From IMG/VR virus record IMGVR_UViG_3300020045_001994, positions 1 to 25,294 of that record: DNA of 25,294 bases, one strand, 5' to 3'. The translations under genes and the position numbers were made by a program. The notes under the pieces were generated by a model. That model saw nothing but the letters and a program-made list of their open reading frames with translations. It searched no databases and was not told the origin of the DNA. Shown here in pieces: positions 7,613 through 15,644 of this stretch; positions within the stretch are counted from its first letter, which is position 1, and every line of letters begins with the position of its first letter. The stretch is from a virus. Taxonomy: Duplodnaviria; Caudoviricetes.

Positions 7613-9207
7613 CATTCTGTTTTACTCCAAACTCTATCAATCACGTTATAAAATTTACCGTTTTTCTTGTGGCTTATCATCGTTGGTGGTGTCCCATGCG
7701 TCAGGTCAAAGGCGCATTGATCTAAGTCTTCACTTACCGTTACACCAGCCCGTTTAGCCATGTCTGCAACCGTCTGGCGGGCTTTGATTCCTGCGTAGTT
7801 GGTGTGGTTTACGGCATGATATTCCACAATTGCAGGTGTCGTCAGTCCACCATAATACCGAACTTGAAGCATATCTAAGCCACTGGTGCGGCTTGTGTGC
7901 TTTTTCCATTGCCAGCTTGTTACCTGCATTTCAGTGGGTTCGATGCCCATGATGCATTCACCGCGCAAATACACCTCTTTAGGCTTTTCCTCTGGTGGCG
8001 GGAACTGGTGGCCGCACGCATCGCATTGTCTTACGCTTGCATGGCAAAGCTCGTCACATTGTGGGCAGGTCTTTGTCGGTGCTATTCCTGAGCCTTTACC
8101 GCCGCGCTTGGGTGGTGTTATTTGGGTGATTGGGCCGTGTGTGGCTACGTTTCCGGCAAAGTCTAGGACCATGCAGTCTATCTTGCCTGGTGCAATGCGT
8201 AGGCCGCGACCGCTCATCTGGTAGAAAAGCGCAGCAGAAAGTGTGGGCCTAAGCATAACAATGCAGTCTATATTTGGCGCATCAAACCCAGTTGTCAAAA
8301 TACCCATGTTGGTGACTGCCTGAATTTTCCCGGCTTTGAAGTCTTTCAGGATTCTGTCACGTTCAGCGCTGGGTGTATTTCCAGTTACTGATTCTGCCGT
8401 GATTCCATGTTCTCGCAGCATGTCTCGCACGTCTTCGCTGTGCTGTACCCCGGCACAAAACACAATCCAGCTCTTACGGTCTTTGGCGCGCTCTATCGTC
8501 TCTAAAACAGCCTTGAAGTTGTTGTCACTGGTATTAATGGCAACCTCTAGCGACCGTCCGATAAATTCGCCACCTGACTTCTTAACGCCTTCGGTTGATA
8601 GCGTCATTGATGTGTGCTTACTTCGCAATGGCGCAAGGTAGCCACTTTCGATAAGCTCCAAAATTGAAATTGGTTCAATCAAGTCTGAAAAAATAACCTC
8701 GTCGCCTTCATGGATCATTCCGTGCCCTAAACGGTACGGGCTTGCCGTCAAACCGATGACGCGCATATCTGGGTTAATTTCTAGCAGGTCAGCGATTAAA
8801 CGGCGATAGGTGCCGTTTTCAGTTGGACTGATTGAATGGCATTCATCCACGATTAGCAAGTCAATATGGCCTATTTGCTTTCCTCGCTTGGCTACGCTTT
8901 GCACGCCTGCGAAAACGATAGGTTCTGTCAGACAATACCGTTTAAGGCTTGCAGAATAGATGCCCATTGGAGCATTAGGCCAGTGCTGGCGCATTTTTTC
9001 AGAGTTTTGCGAGATTAATTCTCTGGCGTGGGTCAACATCAAAACACGCGTTCCGGGCCATGATTGAACTGCGTCCTTGACCAGTGCGGCGATTATGTGA
9101 GACTTTCCAGCGCCAGTTGGCAGGACTAAGCAAGGGTTCCCGGCGTTACCCGTTGAAAACCACTCGTATAGCATATCAATGCTCCTTTGCTGATATTCGC
9201 GCAACAT
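7612..9207 (-). CDS. Superfamily 2 DNA helicase, RadD/YejH-like with C-terminal Zn finger
   Basis: LREYQ Q-motif, PTGAGKS, DECH, TAS, TGFDAP, QMSGRGLR, CPQC...CDAC. Confidence 0.92.
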   Translation of the reverse strand: MLREYQQRSIDMLYEWFSTGNAGNPCLVLPTGAGKSHIIAALVKDAVQSWPGTRVLMLTHARELISQNSEKMRQHWPNAPMGIYSASLKRYCLTEPIVFAGVQSVAKRGKQIGHIDLLIVDECHSISPTENGTYRRLIADLLEINPDMRVIGLTASPYRLGHGMIHEGDEVIFSDLIEPISILELIESGYLAPLRSKHTSMTLSTEGVKKSGGEFIGRSLEVAINTSDNNFKAVLETIERAKDRKSWIVFCAGVQHSEDVRDMLREHGITAESVTGNTPSAERDRILKDFKAGKIQAVTNMGILTTGFDAPNIDCIVMLRPTLSAALFYQMSGRGLRIAPGKIDCMVLDFAGNVATHGPITQITPPKRGGKGSGIAPTKTCPQCDELCHASVRQCDACGHQFPPPEEKPKEVYLRGECIMGIEPTEMQVTSWQWKKHTSRTSGLDMLQVRYYGGLTTPAIVEYHAVNHTNYAGIKARQTVADMAKRAGVTVSEDLDQCAFDLTHGTPPTMISHKKNGKFYNVIDRVWSKTE

Positions 9208-10199
9208 TAGCCTATAACCCTCGCATCAAACTCGCTAAACTTCTCACGCACGCCACTAGCGCACGCATGCCAATTAGCGACGATCTCGCGGCTTAAATAG
9301 CCTTCGGGCGCATTGTGAATTGGGCCTTCTTTGGTTAGCCAGATAACGCCATTGTTAGTTCCTTCCATTTCCCAATTGGGAGTCATGTCTGGGTGCAAAA
9401 CGTGGTTGTCGCAGCCTGCTAACTGAGCATTCAAGTCTGGAATTGTCATATCCCAATGTTGGCAATGCCAAGTTCCATCATCCATAACGGTGCTATTACA
9501 GCAAGTTCTACAGTTTACTTCTTTGGTGAGCTTTGAGCCGTGGCATAGGTCGTGAGCGCTGCAAAACTTGCATTCAAACCATGAAGAATCCGTGCTAATT
9601 CCAGCCGGTGCGCGATCAGCTTTAACGATGCGATGCCCGCGTTTAATGGCCTTTTCAGCCACGTCCGCATTGAATGGCACCTGCTCTATGTATATCTCGT
9701 CATTGTCCTTTGCAACCATAACAAACAAGGCGTGGTTGATTTGTTTACCGCTCATGTATAAATGGACTTGGCTCCAATATGTCGGGTTAGCTTTCTGCAA
9801 ACCATCTTTTTGCATAGCCTTAAACTTCTTTAAGCTGGCGGTCTTAATCTCTAAGATGTGTTTTTCTTTGGAGTTACCCGGCACGCCTGATTCAATAATC
9901 CCGTCAATCGACCCCGATACATGGAATCCAAAGTCAACGCGACTCTGATTCGTGCCAGTGCTGACAATTTTCATTCCAATGTTTTGCAAGTCTGAAACAA
10001 CCGTGCGTTCTTCTAGCTGGCCACGGCGAAACAATCGCAGAATTCTACCTGGAAATTTCTCAATCACGGCGAAGCGAAACGAATACCAAAGGTAGCGGTC
10101 ACACGCATGGCCAAGCTGTGAGCATCCCATGTGGCCTCGTGGGCCTTCTTGATTGGATTCGTGGTGAGCGTCTATTAGCTCTTGAATGTCTTGTGACAT
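9207..10199 (-). CDS. Cas4-like PD-(D/E)XK exonuclease
   Basis: N-terminal Cys (HACDR), GSIDG...LEIKT, QVHLYM and CKFC...C Fe-S-type pattern; extra Cys-rich C-terminal domain. Confidence 0.85.
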   Translation of the reverse strand: MSQDIQELIDAHHESNQEGPRGHMGCSQLGHACDRYLWYSFRFAVIEKFPGRILRLFRRGQLEERTVVSDLQNIGMKIVSTGTNQSRVDFGFHVSGSIDGIIESGVPGNSKEKHILEIKTASLKKFKAMQKDGLQKANPTYWSQVHLYMSGKQINHALFVMVAKDNDEIYIEQVPFNADVAEKAIKRGHRIVKADRAPAGISTDSSWFECKFCSAHDLCHGSKLTKEVNCRTCCNSTVMDDGTWHCQHWDMTIPDLNAQLAGCDNHVLHPDMTPNWEMEGTNNGVIWLTKEGPIHNAPEGYLSREIVANWHACASGVREKFSEFDARVIG

Positions 10200-10205
10200 T
10201 GTTTG

Positions 10206-10245
10206 TCCTTTTTGTTGATAGAAAAACCCGCTTATTAGGCGGGTT
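10206..10245 (-). repeat. Imperfect direct repeat, copy 1: terminator-like hairpin plus leader and SD
   Basis: Minus strand AACCCGC-CTAATAA-GCGGGTTTTTC...CAACAAAAAGGA; matches 13317-13353. Confidence 0.75.
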
Positions 10246-10252
10246 CATCATG

Positions 10253-11314
10253 TTAATCCATTAAGTCAGGTTCTGACGCAAACATTGATTCCTGCTTGAA
10301 ATTGTTTTCACCTTCAAACCGTTTTGATGCAAGCGATAGATTGATCTTGGCTTGTTTGAAGTAGCTGTCTTTTAGCTCAATTCCGATGGCTTTACGGCCC
10401 ATTGAAACGGGGCTATAAACCTCAGAGCCTACACCCATAAACGGTGTTAGAACGACTTCGCCAGCGTTGCTATACAAGTCAACCAAGCGATCAATCACGT
10501 CCAATTGGAGGGCGTGAACGTGTTTCTCATCGTCCTCTTCGCGTGCGTCACGGAACGGCAAGACATTGTCGATACGAATGTCATCCCATACGCTTGATGC
10601 ATAACGCTGCCAAATGTAGTGAGACAGTTTGTTGCTCTTCGGGTCTTTGTGGTCGTGAAATGTATTGTTCAAATACTCCCACAATTCGTCTTCGTTAAAC
10701 TTTGACTCGTTGGCATTGTTGAATGCACGCAAAATGTTAGGAAGGATTGGAGTCTCGCCAGCGTAGCGCTTCAAACCGCTTGGATGCGTCACAGGAACTG
10801 CGTTTTCGCCTTTCTTGGTGAACACCAATACATAGTCAGGCATGGCTGTAAAACACTGCGTAGAGTCTTCGACAATCAGTTTATGCATAAGGCTTTTAAC
10901 CATTGTCCGCATACGTACTTTGAGTGGCTCTTTCCAGATCGTGATTCGGTTTCGGTACTGGAAACCGTATTTTTCATGCAGTCGAATGATCTCGTGCGGG
11001 AAGTCCCAAAGGCGGCATGAGTTGTCGAAAACGTCAGTACAGTGGACTGCGTTTACACGGCCCGGCTTTGTCACTCGCGCCATTTCAGCGATAAGAAACT
11101 CATACTGCTCTAAAAATTGCTCAGATGAATCACAATTGCTTAAATCATTTGGACTAGATGAGTAGTTATATAACCCGCCACCACTTTTTGACGAAAAAGG
11201 TGGTGAATATATTGATAAATCTATGCTATCAGATGGTAACGATGGCATCACAAGCATGTTGTCTGAGTTGTATAAACTGTATTCATTAGTGTGAATTTCC
11301 TGCTTAATTTCCAT
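10253..11314 (-). CDS. DNA amino-methyltransferase, beta class (N4-C/N6-A)
   Basis: Catalytic SPPF motif near the N-terminus, SAM-binding TPFMGVGS near the C-terminus, GRKAIGIELK. Confidence 0.92.
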   Translation of the reverse strand: MEIKQEIHTNEYSLYNSDNMLVMPSLPSDSIDLSIYSPPFSSKSGGGLYNYSSSPNDLSNCDSSEQFLEQYEFLIAEMARVTKPGRVNAVHCTDVFDNSCRLWDFPHEIIRLHEKYGFQYRNRITIWKEPLKVRMRTMVKSLMHKLIVEDSTQCFTAMPDYVLVFTKKGENAVPVTHPSGLKRYAGETPILPNILRAFNNANESKFNEDELWEYLNNTFHDHKDPKSNKLSHYIWQRYASSVWDDIRIDNVLPFRDAREEDDEKHVHALQLDVIDRLVDLYSNAGEVVLTPFMGVGSEVYSPVSMGRKAIGIELKDSYFKQAKINLSLASKRFEGENNFKQESMFASEPDLMD

Positions 11315-11332
11315 TTTTGTTTTCCTTTGTTG

Positions 11333-11878
11333 CTAAATATTTATTGACCGATTTAAGTAAGCTATTGCATTAGATAGCAAAGCAATACTGTCCTTGAATT
11401 TACCTAGTGCCATGTTGCAATTCGAGCAAAGTATTCCTCGTACTTTCCCTGTCGTGTGGCAATGGTCTATAACAGGAAACATGTTGTAATTTCCTTTTTC
11501 TTGGTACCCACATATCTCACACTTATGAAGGCAAGAATCCATCATTTTATTGAAGTCATCAATCGACAATCCATATGTGCTAAGTAATCTCCTGGCAATT
11601 CTCTTTTCAGGATTTTCTTTATGCCATTTCTTTGCTTTCTCTTTCGCATCCTCTCTAAAGTCAGAATCTTCTGCGTATCTGGCTCTGCGTCGGTCATTTT
11701 TCAGCTTAATCTGATCTTCATTGAGCTTGAACTTTTCTGGGTTGTTCTTGAAATACTCTTGCATGTATATCTTCCTGGCTTCAGGATTGCTGATTGACTG
11801 CATATTTCTTTTTAGCCTGTACTGAATGTCTTCTTGTCCCTTTAATTTCCGAGTCTCTGCATATTCAGGTTTCCACAT
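11333..11878 (-). CDS. Endonuclease VII-type HNH nuclease (free-standing homing endonuclease-like)
   Basis: YGLSIDDF...CEICG...IDHCHTTGKVRGILCSNCNMALG...AIAYL; visibly AT-richer than its neighbours. Confidence 0.9.
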   Translation of the reverse strand: MWKPEYAETRKLKGQEDIQYRLKRNMQSISNPEARKIYMQEYFKNNPEKFKLNEDQIKLKNDRRRARYAEDSDFREDAKEKAKKWHKENPEKRIARRLLSTYGLSIDDFNKMMDSCLHKCEICGYQEKGNYNMFPVIDHCHTTGKVRGILCSNCNMALGKFKDSIALLSNAIAYLNRSINI

Positions 11879-11905
11879 TATTTCTTCCTGCCAGTTAAAG
11901 ACTAA

Positions 11906-11914
11906 ATCATATCA
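11906..11914 (-). promoter_or_regulatory. Putative extended -10 promoter (TGaTATGAT) for the endonuclease
   Basis: Lies in the 59-bp gap, 28 nt upstream of ATG 11878, with an AGGA SD. Confidence 0.45.
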
Positions 11915-11937
11915 CAGTAAAGTTTTAGTATTTAACT

Positions 11938-13311
11938 TTATTTTTGCAGGAATGATGGCAATTTCCCGGTGTTCTGGAAATCTCGCGTCACATTGCTAAA
12001 GTCCTTATTTGCATGGGCTACAAGATTTTCATACAATGAAATTGCTTTTTGTGTCTTCTCTTCAAGAGCTGTTAGAACTCGTTCCTGACCTTCGCTTATT
12101 ACCATATCGCAAATAACCTCTGACTTCTGACCGAAGCGCCAAAATCTACGTATTGCCTGGTAATACTGCTCATAACTCCACGTTGGAAAAAACACGGTAT
12201 GATTGCAGTGCTGCCAATTGAGGCCCATCGAAGTCATTTTTGCCTTGGTTATAAGGCGCTTAATATCTCCTTTGGCAAACGAGACTAAGATGTCTTCTTT
12301 CTTGTCGATAGACATACCGCCAATGATCTCTACAGCATCACGATCAAGCTCTGAAAGTAGTGCGCTTTCGTCGTTTAGGTTACACCAATAAACCGATGTT
12401 TTACCGTCTGCAAGTTGAACGGCTTTCTCACATCGTTCTTTGACTGTGAGTTTTTGCTCCTCGCGCACCTCTGTCATTGATTTTGCAGGCATAGCAAACA
12501 ATGAAGCCTGATCGTCTATGCACCATGTTTCACTGTTATGCACCATGTGCTTATTCAGGTGCAGCGATGGCAACTCATAATTTGAGTCGCTAAATCCTAG
12601 GTCAGATGGTTTTTTCACCATGATTGACCACTGGTTTACCCATGCGAAAAAGTCACGTTCTGCGTGAGGCTTTAGGTAAAACTTCTCGCCAATGTTGCGA
12701 TTATTGCTGTCTGCGCTACCTTGGTTGTTCTTAAAGAACTTGGTTAGCATGTCCATGTAACCCATATAACCAAGGGCCTCAGAGCTATTGCCAAGCTCAA
12801 TAAAATCATTCGGGCTGGGTGTGGCTGTACTCAAAAAGCGATACGGCACGCGCTTGATAAACGCCACGATAGCGTCACGGGTTTTACCTGCGAAGTTCTT
12901 TAAAATCCCTGATTCGTCAAGAATGACGCAAACGAAGTCGTCAGGGTTAAGCAAGTGCAACCGCTCATAGTTGCATACGACAATGTTTTTTGTGAACTTG
13001 CCGTCCTTGCTGTGCTCAATGTCGTCTACTCCAATGCGTTCAGCTTCTTTGATAAACTGAAAAGCTACGGCCAAAGGCGTGAGAATCAAAACGCGCTTAT
13101 TGGTCTTGCGGATGATGTTTTCAGCAAGCGTAATGCTGATTAATGTCTTACCCAGTCCAGTGTCAGCAAACACCCCGATACGGCCTTTGCGAAGTGCCTT
13201 CGTGATAATGTGTTGCTGAAAATCAAACGCTGATTCAGGCATCCAGATTGGTTCAAAACCAAAGTTGCCCGTAGTGTGTGTTTTGTTTTTTATGAAGTCG
13301 GCATAACTCAT
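11938..13311 (-). CDS. Compact SNF2-like superfamily 2 helicase/ATPase associated with the methyltransferase
   Basis: FDFQ, DTGLGKT, LDES, TATP, MGLNWQ, QAIRRFWRFGQ. Confidence 0.88.
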   Translation of the reverse strand: MSYADFIKNKTHTTGNFGFEPIWMPESAFDFQQHIITKALRKGRIGVFADTGLGKTLISITLAENIIRKTNKRVLILTPLAVAFQFIKEAERIGVDDIEHSKDGKFTKNIVVCNYERLHLLNPDDFVCVILDESGILKNFAGKTRDAIVAFIKRVPYRFLSTATPSPNDFIELGNSSEALGYMGYMDMLTKFFKNNQGSADSNNRNIGEKFYLKPHAERDFFAWVNQWSIMVKKPSDLGFSDSNYELPSLHLNKHMVHNSETWCIDDQASLFAMPAKSMTEVREEQKLTVKERCEKAVQLADGKTSVYWCNLNDESALLSELDRDAVEIIGGMSIDKKEDILVSFAKGDIKRLITKAKMTSMGLNWQHCNHTVFFPTWSYEQYYQAIRRFWRFGQKSEVICDMVISEGQERVLTALEEKTQKAISLYENLVAHANKDFSNVTRDFQNTGKLPSFLQK

Positions 13312-13316
13312 AACAT

Positions 13317-13353
13317 TCCTTTTTGTTGTTGGAAAAACCCACCTAAGCGGGTT
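13317..13353 (-). repeat. Imperfect direct repeat, copy 2: terminator-like hairpin plus leader and SD
   Basis: Minus strand AACCCGC-TTAG-GTGGGTTTTTC...CAACAAAAAGGA; matches 10206-10245. Confidence 0.75.
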
Positions 13354-13357
13354 TCTT

Positions 13358-13368
13358 ATTGTAGCTCA
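13358..13368 (-). promoter_or_regulatory. Repeated promoter/operator motif (TGAGCTACAAT)
   Basis: Upstream of helicase ATG 13311. The 16-mer ATTGTAGCTCAAAAAC is identical at 23905-23920. Confidence 0.65.
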
Positions 13369-13372
13369 AAAA

Positions 13373-13915
13373 CTAGCGTTTTGCCCAAGGTGGAGACTTT
13401 GCCGAAGGTGCTTGAGTATCCTGGCGTTGTGGTACTGGCGATGGTTGACGTGGTGCTGGCGCTTTACTTCCACCTGTCAATGGCTTGTATGCTTTTACAT
13501 CGTTTCCAGCTTTGTATTTTTCAACCTTGTTGCCTCGATCATCGGTTTCATATACGGCATCTTTAATGGCCAACTTGACAATCATTTGCCCCCCCAAAAG
13601 CTGATCGGTATCCTCAAATGTTGCCGCCTGAATCCCCAAAATACGCAGAATATCACCCAACTGACCACGGCCAATAGCCTCGGCTTTTTGGCTTGGGTTT
13701 TGAATGTTGAGCATCGAAAACACAATGCGCCCCGTATGAGTTGGGCCGTCAACAATCATTTTCAGATTGATGTATGTACCATCTCCTGCCTTTGTTTGCT
13801 TCAAGTCTGCGCCGTCAATAGTGACGCTGTATTCACCTGCTGGAAGTGGTGGAAAGTCACCGTCCCCAGTTGATGCCAAGTCTTCGTCCGTAAAACTCAT
13901 TCCGATATGTGCCAT
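13373..13915 (-). CDS. DUF669-family putative single-stranded DNA-binding protein
   Basis: FPPLPAGEY...TKAGDGTYINL...NDVKAYK with a Pro-rich tail ending PPWAKR; close to the Sak4-like gene. Confidence 0.8.
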   Translation of the reverse strand: MAHIGMSFTDEDLASTGDGDFPPLPAGEYSVTIDGADLKQTKAGDGTYINLKMIVDGPTHTGRIVFSMLNIQNPSQKAEAIGRGQLGDILRILGIQAATFEDTDQLLGGQMIVKLAIKDAVYETDDRGNKVEKYKAGNDVKAYKPLTGGSKAPAPRQPSPVPQRQDTQAPSAKSPPWAKR

Positions 13916-13920
13916 TTTGT

Positions 13921-14310
13921 TTATTCCTTGTTAACAGTAGTGATTGAAAATGATGACCGTGAAGCCGTTGTGGTGATAGCTTTTGACAAAATTGATGTAA
14001 TGTCTTTGTCTGCATTTGTCCATGCAGTAAGGTTAATGTCTGGCTTCCAGCGAAACAACTGAGAAAGCGAGTCTTGAATACCGTACTCATTTGCGATTTC
14101 CTGAACTAGATCAGCGTCAACCTTGCGATTTAAGCGGGTTGTCACCTTGACCGTAAAGTCGTCTAGTTTAGTCGTTTGCACGGCATCTAAACGGTCGTCA
14201 ACCTTCAAAGCTTCGCTTAATTTGTCTTCGATTGATCGGCGTCGCTCCTGCGCTTCGTGTTCGTCTGACTTGGCTTTTAGCCATTGTTTGGATAGTTCTT
14301 AGGTGTTCAT
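13921..14310 (-). pseudogene. Phage recombination-module protein interrupted by an in-frame TAA at codon 4
   Basis: ATG 14310 (ATGA-coupled) reads ATG AAC ACC TAA GAA CTA TCC AAA CAA TGG...; the same frame then stays open (ELSKQWLKAKSDEHEAQERRRSIEDKL...) through the tracked ORF to 13921. Confidence 0.65.
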
Positions 14311-14579
14311 TTGCGAGCCTCTAGCATGGAGTCAGCCATATCTGAAGAAAGCTCTGAGATTAATTGGAAGACGGTAATTACTTGTTTGAATTTATCCAGT
14401 TCAATCGCTTGATCTTGTAGCGCAGCAAAATACACAGGGTTTGACAAAATTCCCTGCATCGCCTTGGCTGCGAAGTAATCGCGCAGTGTCATGCCGTCAA
14501 TAACCCTATAGCCATCATTTTGAATATACTCTGCAATTGACGGAAACGCTGGACCGCCTGTTTCAATTTCTTTTTTCAT
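14307..14579 (-). CDS. Conserved phage protein (GGPAFP / GMTLRDYFAAKAM family)
   Basis: Signature motifs ETGGPAFP and GMTLRDYFAAKAMQG...ADSMLEAR. Confidence 0.85.
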   Translation of the reverse strand: MKKEIETGGPAFPSIAEYIQNDGYRVIDGMTLRDYFAAKAMQGILSNPVYFAALQDQAIELDKFKQVITVFQLISELSSDMADSMLEARK

Positions 14580-15316
14580 ACAACCGCCTTAATCATTGCA
14601 TCATTAAACGCGCCCCAATTCAAAGAAAAGCTATCAGGCAAGCTGTAGCGATTCTTTGCGAGATACGCTGGCTTTTCTTGCGTGAAGATCATGCGTTCAC
14701 CGTTTGAAATAGCCCTCCCGCGCTCCTTATTGAAGCCCAAGTCTTCTTTCTTGACGACCGTTTTATAGTTTGCAAAGAAAACACAATCAGCCCATTCTTG
14801 GATGATGGCGCTTGAACGGGTTTGCAGCTTTGGCTGGTAACGGTCGTAGCTGTCTACCTCGGGGCTATCAAAACGCTTAATCTCACTGTGACCAATGAGA
14901 ATGACGTTCATTCCCTTGTCGTTTCGCAGGGCGTTAAACCCGTCGAGAATGTCGCGCCACTTGTTCGCCAAGTACATTGCAGCACGGCCATAGGCTAGTT
15001 CTTTAGCGTCGTGTTCTGCTTCAATCTCGCTGTTAAGCAAGTTCTCAAGCCAGTCTACCGTATCGAGTGCTACGGTCTGGTATTCGTGATCCTCGGTGTA
15101 AAGCGTTTGAATCATTTCCATGACATCGGAGCTACTAGTTGCGATTGGAAAATGAGCCACGTCCAAGGCGTCTAAGCCGTCTTCAGCACAAATGAAGATC
15201 GGGTTTGGTGCTTGGCTGGCAAAGGTTGATTTACCAATGCCGTGCGTAGAGTACAAGAAAATGCGAGGTGGACGAAGGTTTTTACCCTTCTTGATAGAGC
15301 TTAGATCGATTGCCAT
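14576..15316 (-). CDS. Sak4-like AAA_24 ATPase (ssDNA annealing recombinase)
   Basis: YSTHGIGKST Walker A, TVALDTVDWLE, ILIGHS, QEWADCV, AKNRY. Confidence 0.88.
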   Translation of the reverse strand: MAIDLSSIKKGKNLRPPRIFLYSTHGIGKSTFASQAPNPIFICAEDGLDALDVAHFPIATSSSDVMEMIQTLYTEDHEYQTVALDTVDWLENLLNSEIEAEHDAKELAYGRAAMYLANKWRDILDGFNALRNDKGMNVILIGHSEIKRFDSPEVDSYDRYQPKLQTRSSAIIQEWADCVFFANYKTVVKKEDLGFNKERGRAISNGERMIFTQEKPAYLAKNRYSLPDSFSLNWGAFNDAMIKAVV

Positions 15317-15374
15317 TTTGATTCCTATCTGTTGAATTAGCCACCGTCTGACGGTCAGTTCGTGGCGTTGTTTA

Positions 15375-15385
15375 AGTGTAGCGCA
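15375..15385 (-). promoter_or_regulatory. Repeated promoter/operator motif (TGCGCTACACT)
   Basis: Upstream of the Sak4-like ATG 15316, followed by a structured leader. Confidence 0.65.
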
Positions 15386-15386
15386 A

Positions 15387-15644
15387 TTACAGTGTGTTTT
15401 TCCAAACGCTTGTAATATTTTTTGCTGAATCTGAAATTTTCATATCTTCTGCTTTTTTTGCTTCTCGTTTTAGCTTCTCGGTCTTGTAATCCCGCTTTGG
15501 TTTTGGCATTTCACCATCGAAAATAGTCTCAAGAGTGACATACTTTTGAAAGCAGCAGTTGCACAGCCTTACCCGGTATATAGTCGTTGGACTGTCGCGT
15601 CTAGTCTCTAAGACGCATGACTGGGCGTTGTGTTGGCAGGTCAT
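15387..15644 (-). CDS. NrdR-like N-terminal zinc-ribbon protein (no ATP cone)
   Basis: C...VLETRR...IYRVRLCNCCFQKYVTLE resembles the NrdR pattern VxDSR...IRRRRECxxC...FTTxE. Confidence 0.65.
   Translation of the reverse strand: MTCQHNAQSCVLETRRDSPTTIYRVRLCNCCFQKYVTLETIFDGEMPKPKRDYKTEKLKREAKKAEDMKISDSAKNITSVWKNTL

Noticed and set aside
9207-10199. Cas4-like gene as a sign of CRISPR-Cas
   Set aside because: No repeat-spacer array or other cas genes are visible; stand-alone Cas4-like nucleases are common in phage recombination modules.
7886-13873. Plus-strand ORFs in the track (e.g. 7886..8224, 8336..8641, 9568..9948, 10842..11165, 13412..13873)
   Set aside because: They are antisense shadows of well-supported minus-strand genes and have no motifs or RBS.
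14299-14301. Genome-wide stop-codon reassignment
   Set aside because: TAA, TAG and TGA all end well-formed genes at expected positions; only one internal stop was seen.
14415-14424. TTGTAGCGCA copy of the repeated motif inside a CDS
   Set aside because: It lacks the final T of the -10-like hexamer, has no CA-rich leader and is explained by codons (ALQ); probably chance.
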